From positions 46,531 through 110,530 of the forward strand of contig JADGPD010000001.1 of the NCBI GenBank assembly GCA_017882615.1: a stretch of DNA of 64,000 nucleotides. Direction: 5' to 3'. The translations under genes were made by a program, and so were the position numbers. Of the stretch, positions 1 to 8,136 are shown piece after piece (the first letter of the stretch is position 1; each line of letters starts with the position of its first letter). The notes under the pieces were generated by a model, which saw nothing but the letters and a program-made list of their open reading frames with translations, did not search any database and was not told the origin of the DNA. Origin of the DNA: Thermoleophilia bacterium (GTDB lineage Bacteria; Actinomycetota; Thermoleophilia; Gaiellales; Gaiellaceae).

Positions 1-137
1 GGGATAACACCGCCGGGGAAGCGCGGTCACGCAACCGATCATGTTTGGAATCGGGGTAGTGCGCATCCCCCAATTTAGGGAGCCGAGGTTTAGTTAACGC
101 GTACTTCCGCCCGGTCGGCAGTCAATTGGGACGGCGT

Positions 138-986
138 TTAGGCGAGGCTTCCGGCCGCGTCCATCGCGCGCAGGCGGCGAACCCGTTCCTCGATCGGCGG
201 GTGTGTCGAGAAGAGCTTCGACATGCCGCGGGTGCTGAGCGGGTTCATGATGTAGAGCGATTCGGTCGCCGGGTTCACCTGCATCGGGATCGCCTTGCTC
301 GCTCGCTCGAGCGACTCGAGCGCATCGGCAAGCGGGGCGGCCTGCCCGAGCAACTTGGCGCCGCTTGCGTCGGCCAGGTATTCCCGCTGGCGCGAGATGC
401 CGAGTTGCAGCAGCGTCGCCGCGAGCGGCCCGACGATCAGTGCCACCAGCCCCCCGATCGCGCCGCCAGAGTCGCTCTCGTCGCCGCCGAAAAAAAGGAA
501 CATGTAGCTGAGCCAGGTGATGACCGATCCGATCATCGCCGCGATCGAGGAGACCAGGATGTCTCGGTTCTTCACGTGCGACAACTCGTGTGCGAGCACG
601 CCCTTGACCTGCTCGCGCGGCATCAACTGCACGAGCCCCTGGGTGACCGCGACCGCTGCGTGCGCCGGGTTGCGTCCCGTGGCGAAGGCGTTCGGCTGCT
701 GCGACGGGGTCATGTAGACGCGCGGCATCGGAAGCCCGGCTCGCTGCGTCAACTCGCGGATGTCCGCGTAGAGGTCGGGCGCTTGCGATTCCGCGATCAA
801 CTGGGCGCGGCTCGAGGCGAGCGCGACCTTGTCGGAGAAGAAGTAGCCGAAGAAATTCATCACTAGGGCCAGCCCGAGGAAGATGTAGATGAAGCTTCCT
901 CCGAGCAGGAAGCCGATTCCGACCAGCAGGCCCGACAGAGCCGCGATCAAAAGCCAGGTTCTGAGGCGAGTCGTGAATCCGATCAT
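138..986 (-). CDS. htpX: Protease HtpX (M48 family zinc metalloprotease, membrane)
   Basis: 282-aa ORF with N-terminal TM helices, an HELSHV zinc motif, and the conserved HtpX C-terminus (STHPPIEERV). Confidence 0.9.
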   Translation of the reverse strand: MIGFTTRLRTWLLIAALSGLLVGIGFLLGGSFIYIFLGLALVMNFFGYFFSDKVALASSRAQLIAESQAPDLYADIRELTQRAGLPMPRVYMTPSQQPNAFATGRNPAHAAVAVTQGLVQLMPREQVKGVLAHELSHVKNRDILVSSIAAMIGSVITWLSYMFLFFGGDESDSGGAIGGLVALIVGPLAATLLQLGISRQREYLADASGAKLLGQAAPLADALESLERASKAIPMQVNPATESLYIMNPLSTRGMSKLFSTHPPIEERVRRLRAMDAAGSLA

Positions 987-1170
987 GACGTTGTGACCTC
1001 CGGTTGAAATCTCGTTGGCGTCTGGAGGTCTCTCCCTCGCCCCTGCGGGCCGGCTCCGCCGGGCCTCGCGGCCGTGCTGACGACGGAGCCCGAATCGGGA
1101 TACTCCCCTCCTGGGGCACCTGGATAGTACCCAGCGGCTCGCGTTTAGGGCTGCGCCGCGCGACGATCGA

Positions 1171-2706
1171 TCAGTGCTTGAGGTGGCGCCGATGGGTGAA
1201 CACCATCGCGCCTCCGGCCTCGTTCACGGCCTCGATCGACTCGCGGTCGCGCTTCGATCCACCGGGCTGGACGATGTGCCTGATTCCCGCCTCGAGCGCC
1301 AGCTTGGGGATATCCGAGAAGGGGAAGAGAGCGTCCGAGGCCAGCGCGGCTCCGCTCAGGTCGTGACCGTTGTCGCGCGCGCGCTCGATCGCGACCTTGA
1401 TCGCGTCGAGCCGGCTGGGCTGACCGCCGCAGATGCCAATCGTCTGCAGATCCTTCGCGACCACGACGCCGTTGGATGTCACGTGCTTGACGACCTTCCA
1501 GGCAAAGAGCAGGTCGCCCCAAGCTTCTTCGCTGATCTCGCCGCAGACGATCTCCATGCCCGAGCGATCCTCGAGGCCCCAGTCGCGATCCTGCGCCAGT
1601 AGACCGCCGAGGACTCGCTTGTAGTCCTTCTCGCCCGGATCGCCGCGGCGGCGTTCGTAGTGGGTGAGCACGCGGGTCTCGAGCTCGCGCAGGGCGTCGA
1701 TTGCTTTCTGCGCGTAGGCCGGCGCGAAGAGCACCTCGATGAACTGCTCCGACAGCAGCTTGCCGAGTTCGGCGGAGATCGGCCTGTTGAGAATGACCAC
1801 GCCGCCGTAGGCCGAGGACGGATCGGCCGAGAGCGCCCGGATGAAGGCTTCCTCCGGCGAGGCTCCGACCGCGACGCCACAAGGGTTGGCCTGCTTGACG
1901 ATCACACAGGCCGGCAGAGTGAATTCGTCGATGATCAGCCGCGCCGTCGACAGGTCGTTGAGGTTGTTGAACGTCAGCTCGCGCCCGTGCAGCTGCTCGA
2001 CGCGCGAGAGCAGGTGGCGGCGGCCGTAGGCCTCGGCGTAGAGGGCGCCGCGCTGGTGGGGATTCTCGCCGTAGGGCAGATCGAGCACCTTGACCAGGGT
2101 GGTCGTCATCGTCTCGGGGAAGGCCTCTCGGTCGGCGAACCAGGCCGCGATCGCCGACTCATAGGCGGCGGTGGTGGCGAAGGCCTCGCCGGCGAGCTGC
2201 CGGCGCGTCTCTTCGGACAGCTCGCCCGACTGGCGCAGCTCGTCGAGGACGAAGGTGTACTGGTCGGCTCGTGAGACGACCGCGACGTGGGGGTAGTTCT
2301 TTGCCGCGGCGCGGGCGAGCGTCGGCCCGGCGACGTCGATCATCTCGACGGCGTCCTCTTCGCGCACGCCGTAGCGGGCGACGACCTTGGCGAAGGGATA
2401 GAAGTTGACGCAGACGAGGTCGAACGGCTCGATCGAGCTCTCGCTCAGCGCGGCGAGATCTTCTTCGCGATCGCGGCGGGCGAGGATGGCGGCATGGATG
2501 GCCGGGTGCAGAGTCTTGAAGCGCCCGGTCAGCTTCTCGGACGATTTGGTCGTCTCCTCGGCGCTCGCGACATTGAGCCCAAAGGACCTGATCACCTCGG
2601 TCGTGTCGCCGCTGGCGGTTAGCTCCCAGCCCAGCTCGGCAAGGCCGCGTACGAACTCCTCCAGCCCGTTCTTGTCGTAGACGGAGATGAGCGCGCGTTT
2701 GGTCAT
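1171..2706 (-). CDS. purH: Bifunctional AICAR transformylase / IMP cyclohydrolase
   Basis: 511 aa. N-terminus KRALISVYDKNGL (MGS-like domain) and full-length PurH-like sequence. ATGA overlap with the purN stop at 2703-2706. Confidence 0.95.
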   Translation of the reverse strand: MTKRALISVYDKNGLEEFVRGLAELGWELTASGDTTEVIRSFGLNVASAEETTKSSEKLTGRFKTLHPAIHAAILARRDREEDLAALSESSIEPFDLVCVNFYPFAKVVARYGVREEDAVEMIDVAGPTLARAAAKNYPHVAVVSRADQYTFVLDELRQSGELSEETRRQLAGEAFATTAAYESAIAAWFADREAFPETMTTTLVKVLDLPYGENPHQRGALYAEAYGRRHLLSRVEQLHGRELTFNNLNDLSTARLIIDEFTLPACVIVKQANPCGVAVGASPEEAFIRALSADPSSAYGGVVILNRPISAELGKLLSEQFIEVLFAPAYAQKAIDALRELETRVLTHYERRRGDPGEKDYKRVLGGLLAQDRDWGLEDRSGMEIVCGEISEEAWGDLLFAWKVVKHVTSNGVVVAKDLQTIGICGGQPSRLDAIKVAIERARDNGHDLSGAALASDALFPFSDIPKLALEAGIRHIVQPGGSKRDRESIEAVNEAGGAMVFTHRRHLKH

Positions 2707-3287
2707 GTGATCACCACTCGACGGGAACTCTCCCGCAACCGTACTCGTCCGTCAAGACAGAGTCGGGCGGCTTGGGGCAGTAAACGATGCTCGACGGCAT
2801 GAATCCGCTCGGCCAGAGTCTCCACCGTGTCGTCGTCGTGAACCTCGACCGGCTCCTGCAAGATGACCGGTCCGGTGTCGACGCCCTCGTCGACGAAGTG
2901 GACGCTAACGCCCGTCCAGCGGACTCCGTATTCGAGCGCGTCGTCGATGGCGTGAGCGCCGGGAAACGACGGAAGAAGAGCCGGGTGCAGGTTGATGACG
3001 CGCCTGGGGAAGCGGCTCAGGAAGGCCGCTGTGAGTACGTGCATGTAGCCGGCCAGCACGACCCACTCCACACCGCTGTCATGAAGCCAATCGGCCAGGG
3101 CCGTGTCCCGCGCAGGGCGATCCGGGTAGTCCTCTTGCTCGAAAACCGCGATCTCGACTCCCGCCTTCGCCGCTCGCTCCAGCCCCAGCACGCCGGGCTT
3201 GTTCGAGCCGACGCAGGCGATCGGCAGCTCGGCGTCGATCAGGGCCTGCAGGTTGGTCCCGGAGCCCGACACAAGAACGCCGATCAA
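2703..3287 (-). CDS. purN: Phosphoribosylglycinamide formyltransferase
   Basis: 194 aa with an IGVLVSGSGTNLQALID N-terminus typical of PurN. TTG start overlaps the purM TGA stop (TTGA). Confidence 0.93.
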   Translation of the reverse strand: MIGVLVSGSGTNLQALIDAELPIACVGSNKPGVLGLERAAKAGVEIAVFEQEDYPDRPARDTALADWLHDSGVEWVVLAGYMHVLTAAFLSRFPRRVINLHPALLPSFPGAHAIDDALEYGVRWTGVSVHFVDEGVDTGPVILQEPVEVHDDDTVETLAERIHAVEHRLLPQAARLCLDGRVRLRESSRRVVIT

Positions 3288-4246
3288 GTGAACTGCACTC
3301 CTTCGAGGTCGCCTTCCAACCTTCCAATCACGAGATCGTCCGGACTCGCGTCATCTTCAGGGACGACGACGCAGTAGCCGATGCCGAGGTTGAATACGCG
3401 CCGCTGCTCCTCTTCGCTGACACCCTTCTCGCTGATCCAGTCGTAAACCGCGCCGCGCTGCCAGGAGCCGGTCTCGATGCGCGCTCCGATGCCCGGCGGA
3501 AGCACGCGCGCCAGGTTCCCCGGGATGCCGCCGCCCGTGATGTGAGCCAGCGCATGGATCTCGGCTCGCTCACGCAACTCGCGCACGTCCTCGAGGTAGC
3601 AGAGTGTCGGCGGCAGGACCAGCTCGGCGTCGTAGCCGTCCGAGCCGATCAGGCTGCGCACTAGTGTGAAGCCGTTCGCGTGCAGGCCGGCGGAGCGCAG
3701 GCCGATGACGACGTCGCCGGGCTTGCAGCTGGCGGGGCCGTCGATCAGGCGCTCGCGCTCGACCAGGCCGATGCACGTGCCCGCGAAGTCGAACTCGCCC
3801 TCGGCGTAGATGCCGGGAAGCTCGGCCGTCTCGCCGCCCAGGAGCACGCAGCCCGTGTCGCGACAGATCTCCGCAGCGCCTTCCACCAGCTCGGTTACCA
3901 ACTCGAGCTCGATCTTGCTGGCTGCGACGTAGTCGAGGAAGAAGAGCGGCTCGGCGCCGCAGGTGAGAACGTCGTTGATGCAATGGGCGGCCGCGTCCAT
4001 TCCGCCCCAACGCAGGTGCCCGCTCGCGCGCTGCAGCATCAGCTTCGTCCCGACGCCGTCGGTCGAGGCGGCGAGAAGACGCTGCGCCGGGCCGGCGTCA
4101 TCGAGCGCGTAGAGGCCGGCGAAGGCGCCGAAGGAACCGCTGGCGCCCCGCGTATGAGTCGACGCGACGGCGGCTCGCAGGCGCTCGACGATCTCTTCGG
4201 CCTTGGCCAGCGAAACGCCGGCCGCCTCGTAACTCATTCCAGCCAC
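3284..4246 (-). CDS. purM: Phosphoribosylformylglycinamidine cyclo-ligase (AIR synthetase)
   Basis: 320 aa with SYEAAGVS near the N-terminus and DGVGTK and GGETAE motifs of the PurM family. An alternative ATG lies 9 nt downstream. Confidence 0.93.
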   Translation of the reverse strand: MAGMSYEAAGVSLAKAEEIVERLRAAVASTHTRGASGSFGAFAGLYALDDAGPAQRLLAASTDGVGTKLMLQRASGHLRWGGMDAAAHCINDVLTCGAEPLFFLDYVAASKIELELVTELVEGAAEICRDTGCVLLGGETAELPGIYAEGEFDFAGTCIGLVERERLIDGPASCKPGDVVIGLRSAGLHANGFTLVRSLIGSDGYDAELVLPPTLCYLEDVRELRERAEIHALAHITGGGIPGNLARVLPPGIGARIETGSWQRGAVYDWISEKGVSEEEQRRVFNLGIGYCVVVPEDDASPDDLVIGRLEGDLEGVQFT

Positions 4247-4326
4247 CCCGCCAGTGTATTTACAGGGGCTGCTGTTTGGAGCGGTCGGCCTCCGCGGCCG
4301 GCCTGTAGCTGGTACAAACGCAGACG

Positions 4327-5124
4327 ATGCAGATTCCCGAGTCGATCGCGGTGCGCTGCCTGGCCGGTCGCGAGGCCTTTCCGGGAACCTGGGTCGCGCT
4401 CACTTTGGAGTGCGCGGAGGAAGGAACAAAGATCGCGCTCTCTTTTGCCTTCGGCCCGACGAGAGAGGACGGACGCCTCTTCCTGCGCCGCGCGGACGTG
4501 CTCGCTCAGGCTCGCTACTTCGACGAGGGAGTCGGCCTCGACTACGGGAGCGTCGAGGAACGCTGGAACGGCCGAGGCTGGCTTTCGGTCGCCGGAGCCG
4601 CCGAGCTCAGGCACCAGCTCAGGCTCACCTTCGCCGATCCTCCGCTCAGACAGGCCTCGACACACCGAGTCGCCGCCGCTCGGGCGCTCCGCTATCTCAA
4701 CGAGCACGAGGGCGAGCGCCTTTCGATCAAGCTCGAGAGCCAGCTACCGCGCGAGGTGACGCTCGATCTGACCAATCCCGGCCGCGGAGACTGGCTTCCC
4801 GAGCGGCTGTACGAACCAGTGCAGGAACTGCTCACTCGGCTTGCGCGACGCGAGCTGCCGGATTTGATCGACGAAGGCGCTCTCACGCCCGAGATGGCGT
4901 CCCGGATCGAGCAGGAGATCATCGACTACGGGGCTTCGCCCGTGATTCCGCCGGATATCGCGCTGCTCCTGACCAGCGCCACCGCCGACGGCGAGCAAGC
5001 CTGGACGATCGAAGCGCCGCTCTGGACGCGCGAGGAAGGGCCGAGCGATCTGACTCTCTGGATGCATGCGCGCGAGCTCGAGAGCGGTCTGGAGCTCGAG
5101 CTCCGCGGCATAGCGCTCATCTAG
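4327..5124 (+). CDS. Hypothetical protein (no family recognised)
   Basis: 265-aa ORF with normal, non-Arg-biased composition, sitting in a gap between conserved minus-strand genes. I recognise no motif. Confidence 0.6.
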   Translation: MQIPESIAVRCLAGREAFPGTWVALTLECAEEGTKIALSFAFGPTREDGRLFLRRADVLAQARYFDEGVGLDYGSVEERWNGRGWLSVAGAAELRHQLRLTFADPPLRQASTHRVAAARALRYLNEHEGERLSIKLESQLPREVTLDLTNPGRGDWLPERLYEPVQELLTRLARRELPDLIDEGALTPEMASRIEQEIIDYGASPVIPPDIALLLTSATADGEQAWTIEAPLWTREEGPSDLTLWMHARELESGLELELRGIALI

Positions 5125-5144
5125 CGGCGCTCAGTCGAGGGTTC

Positions 5145-5588
5145 TCAGTCCGGCGCCGTGTCGACCGCGACCGCGAGCTCGATCGGTAGATCGAGCGAGA
5201 CGGCGACCAGGCAGTCGTCCGCGGCCTTTTGCGCTACCTCTCGCGCCAGCTCTTCCTGGCCCGGGTCGGTCTTGATCGCGACGCGCAGGCTCATGCGCGA
5301 AAAACCGAACTTCCCGTCTTCGCGCCCGCCGACGACTCCGGTTCCGCTCACCTCGAGACCGCGCAACGGCAGGCCGCGTCGCTCGGCGATGCCCGCGAGC
5401 GTGATCGCGACGCACGAGGCGGCGGCGCCTACGAAGAAGTCCTCGGGGCTCCAGATCGTGGCGTCCTTGCCCCGGAACTCGAGCGGCGAGGAGGTCTCTA
5501 TCTCTCGCTTGCCGTCGATGCGGGTGGCAACACGCGTGTCGCCGAGCCACTCGACGTTGACCGGAAAGCTGAACTCCTTGGCTTGCAT
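5145..5588 (-). CDS. OsmC/Ohr family peroxiredoxin-like protein
   Basis: 147 aa. Size and a central PEDFFVGAAASC cysteine segment are typical of the OsmC family. Confidence 0.75.
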   Translation of the reverse strand: MQAKEFSFPVNVEWLGDTRVATRIDGKREIETSSPLEFRGKDATIWSPEDFFVGAAASCVAITLAGIAERRGLPLRGLEVSGTGVVGGREDGKFGFSRMSLRVAIKTDPGQEELAREVAQKAADDCLVAVSLDLPIELAVAVDTAPD

Positions 5589-5619
5589 CTCGTTCTCTTT
5601 TCGTCGAACCCAGGTTGAA

Positions 5620-6183
5620 CTAGTAGAGCGTGCTCGCCAGCTGGCGGCGGTACTGAAGCGAAACCGGATTGTCGGCGCCGAGGTCGCCGAACAGCGCGAT
5701 CATGTATCGACCCAACCGCTGGCGCACCGAATCGTCGCCGCCGCGGACCTGCTCCAGCAAGAGCTCGAGCGCCTGCTTGTGATCGCCGGCCTCGAGCGCC
5801 GCCGCCACTTCGGGCGCTTCGCCAGAGCTCTTCAGCTCCGCCAGCACCTGCTCGGTCGCCGAGGGACCGCTGAGCTGATCGAGGAAGCGCGCGATCGCCG
5901 CCGCGGGCTGAACGCCGACGAACTCCGCGACGACGTTTCCATTGCGGAAGGCCTTGACGGCCGGAATTCCGCGAATCGAGTACATCGCGGCGATGTCCTG
6001 ATTCTCGTCCACGTCGATCTTGGCCAGCTCGACCGTGCCGCGCCGTTCCTCGATCTCCTTCTCGAGCACGGGGCCGAGCATCGTGCAGGGCGCGCACCAG
6101 GGCGCCCAGAAATCGACCACCACCGGCAGCTCACGCGAGCGCTCGATCACATCTCGCTCGAAGGTCTCGCTAGTCACATCCAT
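5620..6183 (-). CDS. Thioredoxin-domain protein with C-terminal helical (TPR-like) extension, YbbN/CnoX-like
   Basis: VVDFWAPWCAPC active-site motif followed by about 90 aa of helical extension. Start placed at MDVTSETF; the ORF track's upstream ATG at 6231 lies in an AT-rich promoter-like stretch. Confidence 0.8.
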   Translation of the reverse strand: MDVTSETFERDVIERSRELPVVVDFWAPWCAPCTMLGPVLEKEIEERRGTVELAKIDVDENQDIAAMYSIRGIPAVKAFRNGNVVAEFVGVQPAAAIARFLDQLSGPSATEQVLAELKSSGEAPEVAAALEAGDHKQALELLLEQVRGGDDSVRQRLGRYMIALFGDLGADNPVSLQYRRQLASTLY

Positions 6184-6240
6184 CGAAGCTCTCCTCTGGT
6201 TTTCTCGTAGGCCGTATGGGTAATAGTACACAACTATACA

Positions 6241-6630
6241 ATGGTAAGGTATATTCCCACTAACGCCATGTCTCTACCTCACCCCATCCCCGACGACCTG
6301 ATCGAGTTGATCTCCTACCGGCTTCGCGCCATCGCCGAGCCGATGCGGATCAGGCTGCTCGATCGCCTGCGAGACGGCGAGGCGTGCGTGGGCGAGCTGG
6401 TCGACGCGGCGGGCGCGTCGCAGCAGAACGTGTCCAAGCATCTCCATGTCTTGCTCGACGCCGGCATCGTGGGCAAGCGAAAGGACGGCAACCGCACCTA
6501 CTACCGGATCGTCGATCAGGGTGTGTTCGCGCTCTGCGACCAGGTGTGCGGAACGCTTCAGCGCCAGTTCAACGAACTTGGTGCGTTGCTGGAGGGGACG
6601 GGGAACGGGCGAGGAGGAGGCCAAGGATGA
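6241..6630 (+). CDS. ArsR/SmtB family transcriptional regulator
   Basis: Winged-helix signature (CVGELVDAAGASQQNVSKHLHVLLDAGIV, then RKDGNRTYYRI). The true start may be the ATG at 6268, because 6241 lies inside an AT-rich dyad. Confidence 0.85.
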   Translation: MVRYIPTNAMSLPHPIPDDLIELISYRLRAIAEPMRIRLLDRLRDGEACVGELVDAAGASQQNVSKHLHVLLDAGIVGKRKDGNRTYYRIVDQGVFALCDQVCGTLQRQFNELGALLEGTGNGRGGGQG

Positions 6631-6854
6631 ACGTCAACATGGGATCGATCGATCGGTTGGTTAGGGCAGTGATAGTCGTACCGGTGGCGATAGTGATCGC
6701 CGTCGTAGTCGGGGTCGGAAGCGTCGCCGGGATTGTTTTGCTTGCGCTTGCGGCAGTGATCCTGGCGACCTCCGCCGTCGGCTTCTGCCCGCTCTACAAG
6801 GCGCTTAGGATCAATACGCGCCCTCATAGCGAGTCCGTTGGCCCGGGCGCGTAA
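6627..6854 (+). CDS. DUF2892 (YgaP-like) small membrane protein
   Basis: 75 aa, two TM helices, C-terminal GFCPLYKALRI motif typical of DUF2892. ATGA overlap with the arsR-family stop. Confidence 0.75.
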   Translation: MNVNMGSIDRLVRAVIVVPVAIVIAVVVGVGSVAGIVLLALAAVILATSAVGFCPLYKALRINTRPHSESVGPGA

Positions 6855-6877
6855 GCCGCGAGACAGCGATGACAGCA

Positions 6878-6900
6878 TCTAGATGTAAGTAACATCTAGA
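6878..6900. promoter_or_regulatory. Perfect 9-bp inverted repeat TCTAGATGT-N5-ACATCTAGA, candidate PadR operator
   Basis: Read directly: arms at 6878-6886 and 6892-6900, ending 1 nt before the padR-family ATG (6902). It contains the ATGT/ACAT half-sites known from PadR operators, though with N5 rather than N8 spacing. Confidence 0.55.
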
Positions 6901-6901
6901 C

Positions 6902-7360
6902 ATGCCTGTCGAATCGGAAGCGGTCGAGAACAGCCGCCGACCGTGTCGAAGCGGTCGCGGGCGAGGCGGTCGCGGCGCCGGCTTGCTCGAGCCCGCGCTC
7001 CTGGCTGCTCTTGCCGCCCAACCGAGTCACGGCTACGACCTGCGCCGGGCGGTCGAGGAGCTGAGCGGGGGACTCGTCTGCATGGATCCCGGAGGGATGT
7101 ATCGCGTTCTACGCCGGCTGGAAGAGGAGAGCTACATCCTGTCGAAGTGGTCGACCGGCGAGCACGGACCTCAGCGGCGCGAGTACGAGCTGACCGACCA
7201 GGGGCGCTCGCTGCTGAGGCAGTGGGCTGAGCACCTTCGGGAGCGAGAGCGCGTGTCGAGGAGCGTGATCGAGCTGATCGATCGCTCGCTCGGCCCCGTC
7301 CCGGTAATCGATCCGATCGGAAGCGGGTCGGAAAAAGCAAGCAAGCGAGGAGATGTTTGA
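6902..7360 (+). CDS. PadR family transcriptional regulator
   Basis: 152 aa with SHGYDL, GGMYRVLRRLEEE and REYELTDQG signatures of the PadR winged helix. Confidence 0.85.
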   Translation: MPVESEAVENSRRPCRSGRGRGGRGAGLLEPALLAALAAQPSHGYDLRRAVEELSGGLVCMDPGGMYRVLRRLEEESYILSKWSTGEHGPQRREYELTDQGRSLLRQWAEHLRERERVSRSVIELIDRSLGPVPVIDPIGSGSEKASKRGDV

Positions 7361-7791
7361 TGGAGAGAATGGAACTCAAGTCGACCGCCGGAGACAGGCG
7401 CATGGTCGCGGTGCCGTCGGTCAGCGACGACGGGCTCGAGGCCAGGCGCTCGCATCACTTCGGCAAGAGCCCCTGCTTCACGCTGGTCGAGCTGACTCGG
7501 GGGGAGGTCGCAGAGGTGCGAACCGTTTTGAACGAGCGTCACAGCGAAGGCGGTTGCCAGGCTGCAGCGCAGCTTCTCGCAAGCGAAGGAGCGAGCACGC
7601 TGGTCGCGGGGGGAATCGGCGCCCGCCCGCTTGCCATCCTCAACCAGGCCGGCATCGAGGTGTACTTCGACAAGCAGCGCAAGACGGTCGCAGAGGCGAT
7701 CGCCGCGCTCGCCGCGGGAGAGCTGCAACCAATCGGGCTCGATCAGACCTGCTCTCACCATCAGGGTGGGGCGCACGAGCACGCCTGCTAG
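7357..7791 (+). CDS. NifB/NifX-type (dinitrogenase FeMo-cofactor biosynthesis domain) protein with Cys/His-rich tail
   Basis: 144 aa. HFGKSPCFTLVE and GIGARP resemble the Nitro_FeMo-Co domain; the C-terminus is CSHHQGGAHEHAC. ATGA overlap with the padR-family stop. Confidence 0.65.
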   Translation: MMERMELKSTAGDRRMVAVPSVSDDGLEARRSHHFGKSPCFTLVELTRGEVAEVRTVLNERHSEGGCQAAAQLLASEGASTLVAGGIGARPLAILNQAGIEVYFDKQRKTVAEAIAALAAGELQPIGLDQTCSHHQGGAHEHAC

Positions 7792-7874
7792 GTAGGCCGT
7801 TCCGGGTTGCTTTTGCGCCGCGAACCGGAGAGCATGCGCGGGTCTGTCATTCGAGCTGGAAGGAACCGTTCTCG

Positions 7875-8090
7875 ATGGAAGAAAAAAAACAGGTCACCCT
7901 CGATCTCTCCAAGCTGCGCGTGCCGAACATGGAGTTCGTGGTCTACATCGTCGCTCTGCTCGTCGCCCTGATCGTGATCGCGATCTCGGACCTCCTGACC
8001 ATCGGCAGCTGGTTTCAGTTCTATCTGGTCACCACGGCGATCTACATCCTCAGCCGCGGTATCGCCAAGGCGCACAACGTCGCCGAGTAG
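7875..8090 (+). CDS. Small membrane protein (2 predicted TM)
   Basis: 71-aa ORF starting MEEKKQV with two hydrophobic helices. The upstream part of the 7353-8090 track ORF is Arg-rich and overlaps the NifX-like gene, so I rejected it. Confidence 0.45.
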   Translation: MEEKKQVTLDLSKLRVPNMEFVVYIVALLVALIVIAISDLLTIGSWFQFYLVTTAIYILSRGIAKAHNVAE

Positions 8091-8136
8091 CGCCGCTCTT
8101 TCGCCGCCCGCGTAGCGTCGGGCCTCGGGCTCGGCG

